The notes beneath the pieces were generated by a model. It was given only the letters and a program-made list of their open reading frames with translations, did no database searches and was not told where the DNA came from. A stretch of 64,000 nucleotides of DNA from Meyerozyma guilliermondii (Eukaryota): positions 62,001 to 126,000 of the forward strand of contig CP128817.1 of NCBI GenBank assembly GCA_051546255.1, written 5' to 3'. The first letter of the stretch is position 1. Each line of letters begins with the position of its first letter. The translations under genes and the position numbers were made by a program. Positions 1 to 10,455 of this stretch are shown here, one piece after another.

Positions 1-757
1 AAACCTTTTTTCTCAACTCGTTCACCAGGATAAATTGCTCGTTCAAAATGGTGATCAATTGCTGGTTAAACTGGTCCATGATCTTGGAGTCCATGTCAAG
101 ACGAGCGGAGGCAATTTCCACATAGGTGGACGACAATTGGAGCAAAGCGAGCGATATAGCACTATTTTTACTCTTCAATTCTTCGCTGTGTTTCTCGGCA
201 ATTTGAGCCAATTGCCCATACAACGTCTTGGGAACCTTGGCAGAAATGGTTTGCACGTCCACGGTGGATTCTGAGTCGTCTGGGGTGCCTCCCATCAACA
301 CTTTCTCCAATTCCTGCGGTGTCGAGACGTTCTTAAGTTGATTGAATTTTTCACCAATGAGACTCCCCACCTTGGCGTCGCGGATCTTGTTGATGGCGTT
401 GTTAGCGGGAGGGTAATCATAGGAAACTTTGGCAAAAGTATCGTTGGAGAAATGAATCAAGTCAGTATACAATTTGAGAACAAGATCACAATTGGCCTCC
501 AATTGCAAATATTCCGCTGGAAGTTCGCTCACCTCTACACCTGCGTTCCCGGTGTGGATATTTGCCATATGTTGCACTTGCTGGAGCTGAGAAGAGATCA
601 TTTGCGTCGTTTTAGCAGCAAACGGTTGCAACGATTCCCGGAATTGGTCGAGGTTTTTGCCGGCATTCAGCTGGGAAAACGATTTGGAGAGGTTCTCGAA
701 GTCGGGGAGAGACTCCTGGAGCGACTGAAGGTTGAAGGATGGAAATTTGAACGACAT
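1..757 (-). CDS. Gvp36-like BAR-domain protein, 5' part (3' end lies outside the window)
   Basis: Not in the ORF track. ATG at 757 opens a frame running off the window: MSFKFPSFNLQ...SELPAEYLQLEANCD...SYDYPP...PKTLYGQLAQ...IASARLDMDSKIMDQFNQQL. This matches Gvp36-type BAR motifs (LPxEYxxLE, YDYP, PKTL). Confidence 0.75.
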   Translation of the reverse strand, partial: MSFKFPSFNLQSLQESLPDFENLSKSFSQLNAGKNLDQFRESLQPFAAKTTQMISSQLQQVQHMANIHTGNAGVEVSELPAEYLQLEANCDLVLKLYTDLIHFSNDTFAKVSYDYPPANNAINKIRDAKVGSLIGEKFNQLKNVSTPQELEKVLMGGTPDDSESTVDVQTISAKVPKTLYGQLAQIAEKHSEELKSKNSAISLALLQLSSTYVEIASARLDMDSKIMDQFNQQLITILNEQFILVNELRKKV

Positions 758-957
758 GGAGGATCTATAAGGAAGAAAAGTGTTATCGCGCGTGGAAAAG
801 GTACGTGGTGCACTGGTGTGCGACGAGAGAATGAAGAGGAGGCAAGGAAAGGAAGGAAAGGCAATGAAGAGGCAAGGAAGCGACGAGTGATAAAGAGGAG
901 GCAGACTTTGAATAATGGAGTGAATTGAACGCGTGAGTGTTTTCATTTTGAGAATTC

Positions 958-1037
958 ACTTTTCGCTTCATTCCTTTTTTTTTCTTTATTATTCATTCTT
1001 CTTTTTCTTTTTCTTTTTCTTTCTTTTCTTCTTCTTT
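958..1037. repeat. T/C-rich low-complexity tract in the divergent promoter between the Gvp36-like gene and ARL3
   Basis: About 80 bp of near-continuous tttttc/ttc; typical nucleosome-excluding poly(dA:dT)-like element. Confidence 0.7.
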
Positions 1038-1249
1038 GTTAGTACTCTCAGACAATTTCTACTATCTGAACAACTATCTTCATGGGTATCAGTTGTCCCT
1101 ATCGTTGTTCATCACAAAGTACTTACCTTTCTCAATGGTCGCATCGCACAGAAATTCTTTTATACCTAAGGTCGTGTGCCGGCACAGCCCGCCAAGTGCG
1201 CGCGGTGATTTCGCGAGGGCCCGGTAATCGGAGGTCGGCTTCTACCCTA

Positions 1250-1975
1250 ATGTTCCATTTGGCATCCTCGCTCTACACCCAGTACACGAAGCGGGAGCAG
1301 TACAATGTGTTGATCTTGGGATTGGATAATGCGGGCAAAACCACATTTCTTGAGCATCTAAAGCTCCTTTATCCACCCCCAGGTGAACCCCCACGAAAAT
1401 CTCGGAAATCAACCGAGGCTAATTCCGACCAATCTACCATTCAAGCTCTTAAAGCTAAGCGTATTCTTCCAACCGTGGGCCAAAATACAATCACCGTCAA
1501 ATTCGAGGCATCCAAGGAGTCTCAATTATCAACACAATACAACAATATCAATTTGAAATTTTGGGACTTGGGAGGTCAACGATCACTTCGAAGTATGTGG
1601 TCACGTTACTTCACTTCGTGCCATGGCATCATCTTCATTATAGACTCTACAGACACTGAAAGATTTCAAGAATGTTACGATACCCTCATGGAAATTACCC
1701 ATGATCTGTCATGGACAAACCAAGAGAATAATGCGGCAGAAATGGTCAATGTTCCCATATTAATGCTTGCCAACAAACAAGATCTTCCAGAAGCTGTTGA
1801 TTTGGTGGCGTTGAAAACTGGGGTTTTTATTCGGTTGGTCAGCGAGTTGGAGGCTACCGATTCCAAATTGTTACCAGTTTCTGTTCTCGAGAACCAAGGT
1901 CTTGTGGAGAGCCTTGAGTGGCTCGTGACACGACTAGTATATAACAAGCCGAACAAGCAGCCGCAGTATAAATGA
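1250..1975 (+). CDS. ARL3: Arf-like small GTPase Arl3
   Basis: MFHLASSLY start typical of Arl3/ARFRP1; G1 GLDNAGKTT, G3 WDLGGQ, G4 ANKQD. True ATG is 1250, not 1082. Confidence 0.93.
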   Translation: MFHLASSLYTQYTKREQYNVLILGLDNAGKTTFLEHLKLLYPPPGEPPRKSRKSTEANSDQSTIQALKAKRILPTVGQNTITVKFEASKESQLSTQYNNINLKFWDLGGQRSLRSMWSRYFTSCHGIIFIIDSTDTERFQECYDTLMEITHDLSWTNQENNAAEMVNVPILMLANKQDLPEAVDLVALKTGVFIRLVSELEATDSKLLPVSVLENQGLVESLEWLVTRLVYNKPNKQPQYK

Positions 1976-2328
1976 GGAATTTAAAGATGCGAGACAATGA
2001 TAGGAAGTAAAAAGTCGCAGCTTTGCAGCCACCTCAATGCACCACCACGGGTCCAAAGTGACGTCATAGTTGAACAATAAACGTATGCGAGATCGGCTGT
2101 GCGATCAACGACGGGCGCCCATCCATACCGCTAATATGGATTGTCGGCAGCACCATCTGTCCAATAGTGCGCCTCTAGCACGCCTCTAATGCATTATTAC
2201 AACAACGCGGTAATGCACCATTACTGTGGTGCATAACCGCGTTGGGGGCCTTTTGACGTGCCTGGCGCATATGCAGGCTACAGCTTGATGCGAGAGAAGC
2301 ATCCATACACCCAAATTCCACCACATAA

Positions 2329-2355
2329 TGGTTGCTGTGGTTGCTGTGGTTGCTG
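2329..2355. repeat. 9-bp tandem repeat (TGGTTGCTG)x3 upstream of a TATA-like element
   Basis: Read directly; TATAAAA follows at about 2385, roughly 65 bp before the ATG at 2450. Confidence 0.8.
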
Positions 2356-2449
2356 CAGTCATCAATTTCAGCTGCGGGGACAAGTATAAAACTCATCATT
2401 TGCCCAATTGTTTACATTCAATTGATTTCATTGCTACCTAATTCTTGCA

Positions 2450-5400
2450 ATGTCAAATACTGAACCCGAAGAAAAACAGTCCTTTATGGACAAACTAAAA
2501 CATCCCTTCAGAACTCATTCGAGATCTTCCTCGAGTGTCAAGTCGGGAGAATTAGACACCAGCCATCTGCTGTTTGATCACTCCAATCTCGCCAGTTTGA
2601 GTGCTCACGACAAGGGTGTTTTGGAGTCTGCTTACATTGAGGGACAACGCCACGCGGAGAAGAAGTACAACCGGAAAGTGAGCAGGTACGGATTTCCTGT
2701 GATTGGTGCCCTGGGATCAGGAAACCAGGGATCTGGTTCGAATTACGGCTCGACCTATGGTTCGAACCACGGACAATTGAGTTCGGACGACCGCAAGGTG
2801 ATCGATGCCGCCTACATCGAAGGAAAGAACAGCTACCACGCCAATTCCAAAGGAGCCACACACGGAACGGCTGGTGCTGCTGCCGCTGCTGGAGCTGCTT
2901 TAGCGGGCGCTGGCGCTGCTGGGCACACTTCGTCCAAGGGAAGAGTTGTGTCTTCGTCATCAGCTGGAAAAGTCGTCACCGCACCTCCAGAAGTCAGGCG
3001 TGAGCCTGTGGACAGACTTGCGCCGGGCGACTTTGCCAACGAGAAGAATCCCACGGATCTGTCTGTTCTTGGAGGAGCTGGTGGAGCTGCTGCTGCGCAA
3101 CAGCGTGGAGGAGAACTCTCTCAAAATACGAATCCAGTTTACACCAACGATACTGAAGTTCACGAAGGAACCGGAGTTTTTTACAACCCCAAGGATACTC
3201 AGGGAGGAGTTGTGGGCAATGCTGATACTACTAATGAAGCTACTGCTGCTCATCTCGACAAGAACCGCAATTTGAAGACCAAACCTTCTGTCTACGAGCA
3301 ACAGGATAGAGAGCAGGAGATTAAGGACGCAGCTTATGAACATGGTAACAAGGAGGCCAGAAGAGATGCAGCCGAAGGAAACAAGGATTCCAGCAGAGAC
3401 GCTCATGAAGACTCAAAGTCCTCTTCTTCCGGTTCCAAGCACAACCATGAAGATCCCTCCGAGGTTCACCAAACCAACAAGTCTGCTTATAACAATCTGG
3501 GAGTTTCTGGTGTGGTGGATTCGTTGCGTGGAAAGTCCCACAAGAACGACAAGAATGACCAGTACGATCCAAGACAAAGAAACGTTACTGGAACGAGTGC
3601 TCACACCACGGCTCCATTGGATAGCAGCAACCATACCGGTACTGGAGCCGGAGCCGGAGCCACAGGACCTAGCCACGATTCAAGAGGTATTGGTTCTAAT
3701 ACTGGTTCCAATACTGGTTCCGGTTCTCATTCTGGTGGACTCGGTGCTGGAGTTGGCGCTGGAGTTGGCGCTGGAGCTGCTGCCGCTGCCGCTAAAAATG
3801 CCAGCCACAAAAACGACGCTGGCGCTCCTCCTTCGAGCTCCGACTTCGACTACGAGCGTGAGTTCGACGCCTTGAATGCTAAAATTGCTCGTACGGAAAG
3901 AGAGATTGAAAGTCTTGAATCGCTGAAGAAGAACAAGCCCGAGTTCAACGAACAGGCTTCCACCACGGCAGTGTACCATGAGCCATATAGTCCTCCACAC
4001 GAAAGAGAAACCTCGGGAAACTCTGCTGCTTCTTACTTGAAACCAGCAGCATTGGCTGGTGCTGTTGGAGGAGCACTTGGTTTTGGCAGTGCTAGCCATG
4101 GTAAAACCCAGCCAATAGATGATTCGTACAACCAAGGTGTCAAGGCTGGAGCGTACGATAGTGGATCTTCAAAGGCAATTCCATCTGATTTGAACCGTGG
4201 ACTCAAAGGAGGAAGCAAGGACTACGACACTAGTGGAGCTGGTTCCGGTCATGGTACTGGTTATGGTGCTGGTTCCGGTACTGGTATTGATTCCGGTGTT
4301 CATGACGACGGTTCCTCAAAGCCTGGTATTTTGGATGGTGCCAAGGGTGCTCTTGGAGCTGCTGGAGCGGTTGCTGCTGGAGCTTTGGGCTACGGTGCTG
4401 CTGATGCTTCTTCGGTAAAGTCCGAAGCATACCAAGCTGGTCAAGATAAGTTCCACAGAGAGCAAGGAAGAGGCGGAACTGCTTTGGGTGCTGGTTCTCA
4501 CCCTACGGCCCACGGTCATAATGCTACTGGTTCTTCCGGTCACAATGCCACTGGTGCTTCCAGTCATAATGCTACTGGTTCTGACCGTTCTGGCCACACT
4601 AACGCTCTGGCGGTGGCAGGCTCAACCAAGCCCGCAACTTCAGGAAGCCAGAGTGTCGGTGCTTTGGACAACAGCAAGTCTGTGAACACCGAAAATACTG
4701 ACGATTCCGCTTACCACAGAGCCGGCAATGCTGGTGTATTTGGGGCCATTGCTGGTGCCGCTGGCGCTGCCGGTGCTGCCATTGGAATGGGAGGACATGA
4801 AAGAGCTGGAGAGACCAGAGAGGCTGGACACACCGGACACACTGGAAACACTGACAGTCTTGGTCATACTGAACCCGGACAAACTGGCTCTGGAAACACT
4901 GACCGTCTTGGTCACTCTGGCACCGGACACTCTGGAATCAATGATCGTGATATCAGGAACACTTCTGGTGTCTCTGGACCTGGATCTGCCACTGGATCTA
5001 CGACCAGATCTACTGGATCTACTGGGTCCACTCTTGATCCTAAGGCTCATCATGACAAGATTGCTTCTCCTTCTCTCGATAGAGTTGAAGACGATGATGA
5101 TACGAATACCAGTCAATCTTCTGGAATCATTGGTGGAATCACTGGTGCCTTAGGTGGTGCTGCTGCAGCCATTGGACTTGGTGGAAGAAGTGACAGCGAT
5201 GTTTCGAGAACCGATGCTGACAGAGCTCATTCTGGCACAACTGGATCTACTGGCTCCACTGGAATTTCAGGAACTACCAAAACCGCTGGATCTACTGGAT
5301 CTACTAAACCTACTGGAATTTCGGGAACTACCAATACTGGAACCACTGGACCTACTGGTATTTCGGGATCCACCAAACCTGGAAATACTGCAGGGACCTC

Positions 5401-8400
5401 TACCACAAGAAATGAAGGGGAGAAATCTGGTGTCACTGGTGCTCTTGCCAGTGCTGCTGGTGCCGTTGGTTCACTTGGTGCTGCTGGAGCGGCTGCCGCT
5501 GGATTGTCCGGTTCCAACAAAGCATCTAATGAACACAGTTCTTTGATTGAGCCAGCTACTGGCTACGAAGATGTTCGAAACGCACCAAAGCACGCTGGTG
5601 GAAAGTCCACGAAGGACGTGGACGAATCTTCGAATACTGGCGATGGTGTGCAAGGTGTTCCAGGATTGGTACCTTCTACTGGTGACGATGTTAGCTCGAA
5701 GAAGAAGGAGAAATCGGACACTAATGCAAGAAATGTCGAGGCAGAGGTCACCGCCCACAACCGGAAGCACGGAGTGACCGACGACAAGAGATCGTTGATT
5801 GAAATTGCCGAGGGCGTTGATCCAGAAATCAAGGAATTGGGAACCCACAAACAAGGCCCTACTGTAGGCGAAAGCGAGAGTAGCACCGGTGCTGAAGGTG
5901 GAGTTCAAGAGGTTCCTGCTCAAGCCTACGCCAACCAGAACGAGTTTATTCGTTCAGGCGGTAAGCGTGGAGAAATTGAAGGAGGCTCCGGAGCTTCGCA
6001 TGCCACTTCGTCTACTGGTGCTGTAGGAAAGGACAAGTCTTTGAAGCACGACGTTTCCCCAGCACCTGAGGGCAAAAAAAAAAGCTCGTTGATTGAAAGT
6101 GACACTTCTGGCAAAAAAAAAAGTCCAATTGAATCCAACGGACGGGGTTTAGATTCGGCAGACCAATCCACGGCGGAATCCCACCACCGTGATTTGGGCT
6201 ATGGTGCTGCTGCGGTTGGAACCGGTGCTGGTTTGGGTTCAGTCATCCATGCCAAAGACAACAGAGACCACAGAGATCTTGACACGAGACGTGAGGTTGG
6301 AAACCATGGTCATACTGGAACTTCCGAATATGGTCAACCTGGCCATTCTTCTGCTGGTTATGGTCAATCTCATTCTCCTTCTGGTCATACCTCTGGAACT
6401 TCTGCTGGTTATGGCTCTGGCCATTCCGCTGGTAGAGATATCTCAGACGAAGCTTACAACTCTGGAGTTCGTTCTGGAGCCTATGAAGCTGGTAATGTCA
6501 ACTCTGCCAAGGACGTCTCCAGGACCGAAAATGCTGAAGACAACCACCATACTGGAGCTGTTGGAGCTGTTCTTGGTGCTCTTGGAGTTGGTGCTGGTGC
6601 TAAACATGCTCATGACCACCACAATCAAGGTCATCACCAGGACTACAATCAGGACTATAACCAAGGTTACAACCAGGGTCACCAAGGTCACCAAGGATCT
6701 CACTTGGCTTCTGGTTCTACCGGCTATTCAGGTTTGAGTGAGTCGGACAGATCGGCGTTCTATGAAGCTGGAGTTGTGCAAGGTGCAAGAGAAGCGGGAC
6801 ACATTCAAGCTGCTAGAGAACTTAGTGAGAAACCATCGCATCATGGTGCTACTGGAGCTGCTACTGGAGCTGCCGTTGGAGCTGCTGCGGGAACTGCTGG
6901 AGCCTCAGGTTTGGGTCATCGTTCTGCCGCTGGTTCTTCTGCTCCCGGCCTGACTGGAACCGAAACTTTTCAAGTTGAAGTTATCGGTGTGAAGGACAGA
7001 GAGCAGGCATCCAAGATTGCCCATCAAGCGTGCAAGGACCTTGACCAGAAAGGAGTTGATTTGACTTCTGGAAAATTAATTGTGAATGCCGAAACTAATG
7101 AGGTTTACAAGGTTGACGAGACATCTGGTCCTCAGGGCCGTAGGATCGACCAGGCAGGTACCGCAGGTGTTGGTGCTGCTGGTGCTGGTTTGGCTAGTTC
7201 CGGTGTTGGTTCTGGAACCGGTGCTGGAACTGGAACTGGTGTTGGTTCTGGAACTGGAAGAGGAACACATGGTACCAGTGTCAACCAGAATGATGGAAAC
7301 AGAGACATCTCGTCAGGATCTGGTTCTGGTTTTGGTTCTGGTTCTGGTTCTGCTTTAGCTGGTGCCGGACTTGGTGCTGGTGCTGGTGCTGGTGCTGGAA
7401 CTGCCTTTGCTCACCACTCCAAAGGTGTCTCTCAGCCAGACGCTTCCTTCAAAGACGATTTAGAAGAGCCTGATTTGCAGCTGCGTCACAGAGAGCACGA
7501 GAAAGCTAAGGCTAGATTGGCTCACGCTGCCGATGAAGGTGTGTTAGGAAATGTGGCTCCACCTACTGAGCAGCCTGTAAGTGGAAACCATGGAAGAGAA
7601 GCGGCAGTTGGAGGTGGAGCTACTGCTGCTGCTCTTGCTGCTGGAAACTATGCCAAGCATAACCATGAACCAAGACGTGCACAAGATGTTGGACATGGTT
7701 CTGGAAAGGAAGACCGGTTGCAACCATCTGATATTTTGGTTACGGTTCAAGGTACTTCCAACAACTCTGAAGCCACCAAGTTGGCTCATGAGACGGTGAA
7801 TGAACTTCAGGATCAACCAGATGTATTGAAAAATGTCAAGGAAATCCAGATCGACTCACAAACTGGAGTCGTGACAGATGAGAGAGGAAATGTTATTGAG
7901 CATGTCCACGGACAAGGTCAGCATGGAACTAACACTGGTCGTCAAGGTGGTGTTGGCGCTGGAACTGCTGGAGCTGCTGGATCTTCTGCAGCTGCTGCTG
8001 GTTATGGATCTGGAGCAGGTGCTTCTGGATATGGTCAACGTACTGAACCAGGTGTTTCTGGCTCTGGTTACGGTCATGAATCTTCTGCGGGTTCTGGTTA
8101 CGGTCATACTACTGGATCTTCGGCACCAGGTTCTGGCTACGGTCAAAGTACTTCTGGACAAGGTTCTGGACACGGTTACGCTGGTCAAGGTACTGAATCT
8201 GGTTACGGCCATAGCACTGCTACTGGTGCTGCTGTTGGTGCTGCTGCTGGTGCTGCTGGTGCTTATGGCTCTAATATTGGCCATGCAGATAGAAACACTT
8301 CGCTTCCATCAAGTACTGGAGCACATGGTACTTCAGGTCTTTCTGGTTCTCATGGTGCTACTGGTACTTCGGGTGCTTATGGCACCTCAGGTTCTCAAGG

Positions 8401-9046
8401 AACTTCTGGTTCTCATGGAACTTATGGTACTTCAGGTACTACTGGTCCTTCTGGTACTGGTCTTTCTGGTTCTCGTGGTGTTACTGGTACTTCGAGCTCT
8501 CATGGAAGTACTGGCACCCATGGTACATCAGGTGATTATGATACTACTGTCACCTATGGTAATACCGGTATTCATGGTACCTCTGGTGATTATGATACTA
8601 CTGGCACCCATGGTGCTTCTGGTGTTGGTTCTGGTTATGGTGCTTCTGGTCTTTCAGGTGCTGGTGCTGGTGCTGGCACCTACGGCTCAGGTGCAGACCA
8701 TTCTTCAGGCACCGGCTACTCAGACTCCAGAGGACTTGACTATGGTTCTGAGTCCAGAGGAGTCAACTCTCACTCTGGAAGTACTACCGGAGGCAATTTT
8801 GGTGCCTCTGGTGTTTCCGACACCTCTGGTGTTTCTGCCTCAGGTGCTGGATTATCCAAAGAAAATAACATCTCGGGGCTCCGCAACTCGGAACTCGGTT
8901 CGAGCGAATATGGTGAAGGAAGAGGCAGTGGCTATGCCACTTCTGGTGCCAACCGTGGAACTGCTGGTGGCTACAGCAGAACCGGTGATGAGCTCGAAAC
9001 AACCGATGAAGCGGATACATCTCAAATTCCCGGTAGTTTTTTTTAG
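2450..9046 (+). CDS. 2198-aa Gly/Ser/Thr/Ala/His-rich, largely disordered hydrophilin-like protein of unknown function
   Basis: Long ORF with GGT/GCT/TCT/ACT codon bias, no signal peptide or TM segment apparent, no Trp and one Cys seen, internal repeats, C-terminal IPGSFF. Confidence 0.85.
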   Translation: MSNTEPEEKQSFMDKLKHPFRTHSRSSSSVKSGELDTSHLLFDHSNLASLSAHDKGVLESAYIEGQRHAEKKYNRKVSRYGFPVIGALGSGNQGSGSNYGSTYGSNHGQLSSDDRKVIDAAYIEGKNSYHANSKGATHGTAGAAAAAGAALAGAGAAGHTSSKGRVVSSSSAGKVVTAPPEVRREPVDRLAPGDFANEKNPTDLSVLGGAGGAAAAQQRGGELSQNTNPVYTNDTEVHEGTGVFYNPKDTQGGVVGNADTTNEATAAHLDKNRNLKTKPSVYEQQDREQEIKDAAYEHGNKEARRDAAEGNKDSSRDAHEDSKSSSSGSKHNHEDPSEVHQTNKSAYNNLGVSGVVDSLRGKSHKNDKNDQYDPRQRNVTGTSAHTTAPLDSSNHTGTGAGAGATGPSHDSRGIGSNTGSNTGSGSHSGGLGAGVGAGVGAGAAAAAAKNASHKNDAGAPPSSSDFDYEREFDALNAKIARTEREIESLESLKKNKPEFNEQASTTAVYHEPYSPPHERETSGNSAASYLKPAALAGAVGGALGFGSASHGKTQPIDDSYNQGVKAGAYDSGSSKAIPSDLNRGLKGGSKDYDTSGAGSGHGTGYGAGSGTGIDSGVHDDGSSKPGILDGAKGALGAAGAVAAGALGYGAADASSVKSEAYQAGQDKFHREQGRGGTALGAGSHPTAHGHNATGSSGHNATGASSHNATGSDRSGHTNALAVAGSTKPATSGSQSVGALDNSKSVNTENTDDSAYHRAGNAGVFGAIAGAAGAAGAAIGMGGHERAGETREAGHTGHTGNTDSLGHTEPGQTGSGNTDRLGHSGTGHSGINDRDIRNTSGVSGPGSATGSTTRSTGSTGSTLDPKAHHDKIASPSLDRVEDDDDTNTSQSSGIIGGITGALGGAAAAIGLGGRSDSDVSRTDADRAHSGTTGSTGSTGISGTTKTAGSTGSTKPTGISGTTNTGTTGPTGISGSTKPGNTAGTSTTRNEGEKSGVTGALASAAGAVGSLGAAGAAAAGLSGSNKASNEHSSLIEPATGYEDVRNAPKHAGGKSTKDVDESSNTGDGVQGVPGLVPSTGDDVSSKKKEKSDTNARNVEAEVTAHNRKHGVTDDKRSLIEIAEGVDPEIKELGTHKQGPTVGESESSTGAEGGVQEVPAQAYANQNEFIRSGGKRGEIEGGSGASHATSSTGAVGKDKSLKHDVSPAPEGKKKSSLIESDTSGKKKSPIESNGRGLDSADQSTAESHHRDLGYGAAAVGTGAGLGSVIHAKDNRDHRDLDTRREVGNHGHTGTSEYGQPGHSSAGYGQSHSPSGHTSGTSAGYGSGHSAGRDISDEAYNSGVRSGAYEAGNVNSAKDVSRTENAEDNHHTGAVGAVLGALGVGAGAKHAHDHHNQGHHQDYNQDYNQGYNQGHQGHQGSHLASGSTGYSGLSESDRSAFYEAGVVQGAREAGHIQAARELSEKPSHHGATGAATGAAVGAAAGTAGASGLGHRSAAGSSAPGLTGTETFQVEVIGVKDREQASKIAHQACKDLDQKGVDLTSGKLIVNAETNEVYKVDETSGPQGRRIDQAGTAGVGAAGAGLASSGVGSGTGAGTGTGVGSGTGRGTHGTSVNQNDGNRDISSGSGSGFGSGSGSALAGAGLGAGAGAGAGTAFAHHSKGVSQPDASFKDDLEEPDLQLRHREHEKAKARLAHAADEGVLGNVAPPTEQPVSGNHGREAAVGGGATAAALAAGNYAKHNHEPRRAQDVGHGSGKEDRLQPSDILVTVQGTSNNSEATKLAHETVNELQDQPDVLKNVKEIQIDSQTGVVTDERGNVIEHVHGQGQHGTNTGRQGGVGAGTAGAAGSSAAAAGYGSGAGASGYGQRTEPGVSGSGYGHESSAGSGYGHTTGSSAPGSGYGQSTSGQGSGHGYAGQGTESGYGHSTATGAAVGAAAGAAGAYGSNIGHADRNTSLPSSTGAHGTSGLSGSHGATGTSGAYGTSGSQGTSGSHGTYGTSGTTGPSGTGLSGSRGVTGTSSSHGSTGTHGTSGDYDTTVTYGNTGIHGTSGDYDTTGTHGASGVGSGYGASGLSGAGAGAGTYGSGADHSSGTGYSDSRGLDYGSESRGVNSHSGSTTGGNFGASGVSDTSGVSASGAGLSKENNISGLRNSELGSSEYGEGRGSGYATSGANRGTAGGYSRTGDELETTDEADTSQIPGSFF

Positions 9047-9262
9047 TTTGATTATGTTTAAAATTTACTGTGCAATTTGTAGACCGATATGATTGGAGAG
9101 ACAAGAACATAATTTTGAGATAATAACCGGTGTTGAAATCTACACATCTACATAAGGAAAGAAACTTTGTACACCTACCATTATGGGGCCACCGTTTGTA
9201 GTTAAGCTTGACTCGTTGACCTTTGGTTTCTTTGGCGCGATTTGCAACCATTTCCATATCGG

Positions 9263-9286
9263 TCACGTGCTAGGGCTCTGCCCTGG
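9263..9286. promoter_or_regulatory. Cbf1 site plus inverted Tbf1 pair upstream of RPL2
   Basis: TCACGTG at 9263-9269 directly followed by TAGGGCTCTGCCCTGG; this is the known Tbf1/Cbf1 architecture of CTG-clade ribosomal protein promoters. Confidence 0.75.
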
Positions 9287-9370
9287 TGCTTTGTGTAACT
9301 TCTCACAACTGAAAATTTTGTTGCGAACTTCACAGAAAACCCACTCAAGGATCTAACCACACAAGTAGCA

Positions 9371-10202
9371 ATGGGTATGTATATCAAATTCAATCTCATG
9401 GCGTTTGCCACAACACTCCAGACATCCAAACTAACATCCAGGAAGAGTCATTCGTAACCAAAGAAAGGGTGCTGGGTCCATTTTCACCGCCGTCACCAGA
9501 TTGAGACAAGGTGCTGCCAAGTTGAGAACCTTGGATTACGCTGAACGTCATGGATACACCCGTGGTATTGTGAAGCAGATTGTCCACGATTCTGGTAGAG
9601 GAGCTCCTCTTGCCAAGGTTGTTTTCAGAGACCCTTACAAGTACAAATTTAGAGAGGAAACTTTCATCGCCAATGAAGGTGTTTACACTGGACAATTTAT
9701 CTACGCTGGTAAGAAAGCTTCTCTTAACATCGGTAACATCTTGCCTTTGGGTGCTTTGCCTGAAGGTACCATCGTTTCCAACGTTGAAGAGAAGGTTGGT
9801 GACAGAGGTGCATTGGGTAGAACCTCTGGTAACTATGTGATCATTATTGGACACAACCCAGATGAGGGAAAGACCAGAGTTAAGTTGCCATCTGGTGCCA
9901 AGAAGGTTCTTTCTTCCGACGCCAGAGGAGTCATTGGTGTTGTTGCTGGTGGAGGTAGAATCGACAAACCATTGTTGAAGGCTGGTAGAGCTTACCACAA
10001 GTACAAGGCTAAGAGACACTCATGGCCAAAGACTAGAGGTGTGGCTATGAACCCAGTTGATCACCCTCACGGTGGTGGTAACCATCAACATATTGGTAAG
10101 GCTTCTACTATTTCCAGAGGAGCTGTTCCAGGTCAAAAGGTTGGTTTGATTGCTGCCAGAAGAACTGGTTTGTTGCGTGGATCCCAAAAGACCCAGGACT
10201 AG
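9371..10202 (+). CDS. RPL2: 60S ribosomal protein uL2 (L2), join(9371..9374,9442..10202)
   Basis: Splicing restores [14 protein letters not shown]...; contains [16 protein letters not shown]. Confidence 0.97.
9375..9441 (+). other. Spliceosomal intron in RPL2 (67 nt)
   Basis: GTATGT donor, AACTAAC branch site (9429-9435), CAG acceptor; restores the conserved N-terminus. Confidence 0.92.
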
Positions 10203-10455
10203 GTGTATATTGTCATAATAAAGTAAAGACGACCGAGAGTAGAAAACCTAGGAGTACTGATCTCTAAGTAGGAATTTACTAATCTAATCTTAAGAAGGAA
10301 TTTACTAATCTGTCACCTTAAGCAAAGTCAGGTTCACCTACACCTTCCCCTCATACTTTTCTCTAGTTATCCACTCATACTTGTCTCTGGGTCTCTTCTT
10401 GTCTCTCCTTAGTTTGTCTACATTCCATATTATATTCTGTGTATTACCTCCATAA

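Noticed and set aside
338..928. 196-aa + strand ORF
   Set aside because: Antisense to the Gvp36-like gene, non-ATG start, low-complexity tail.
1082..1249. 56-aa N-terminal extension of ARL3 in the ORF track
   Set aside because: Arl3 needs its Met-Phe N-terminus; the extension runs through promoter-like sequence.
7878..9092. 404-aa Leu/Val-rich overlapping ORF and similar +frame ORFs in the giant gene
   Set aside because: Shadow frame of GGT/GCT/TCT/ACT codon bias; most of its 'Leu' residues are CTG (Ser in this clade); no protein-like signal.
10270..10311. 16-bp direct repeat AGGAATTTACTAATCT x2 between convergent RPL2 and RPL29
   Set aside because: Only two copies in a terminator region; not CRISPR-like; the TACTAAT core has no convincing intron context.
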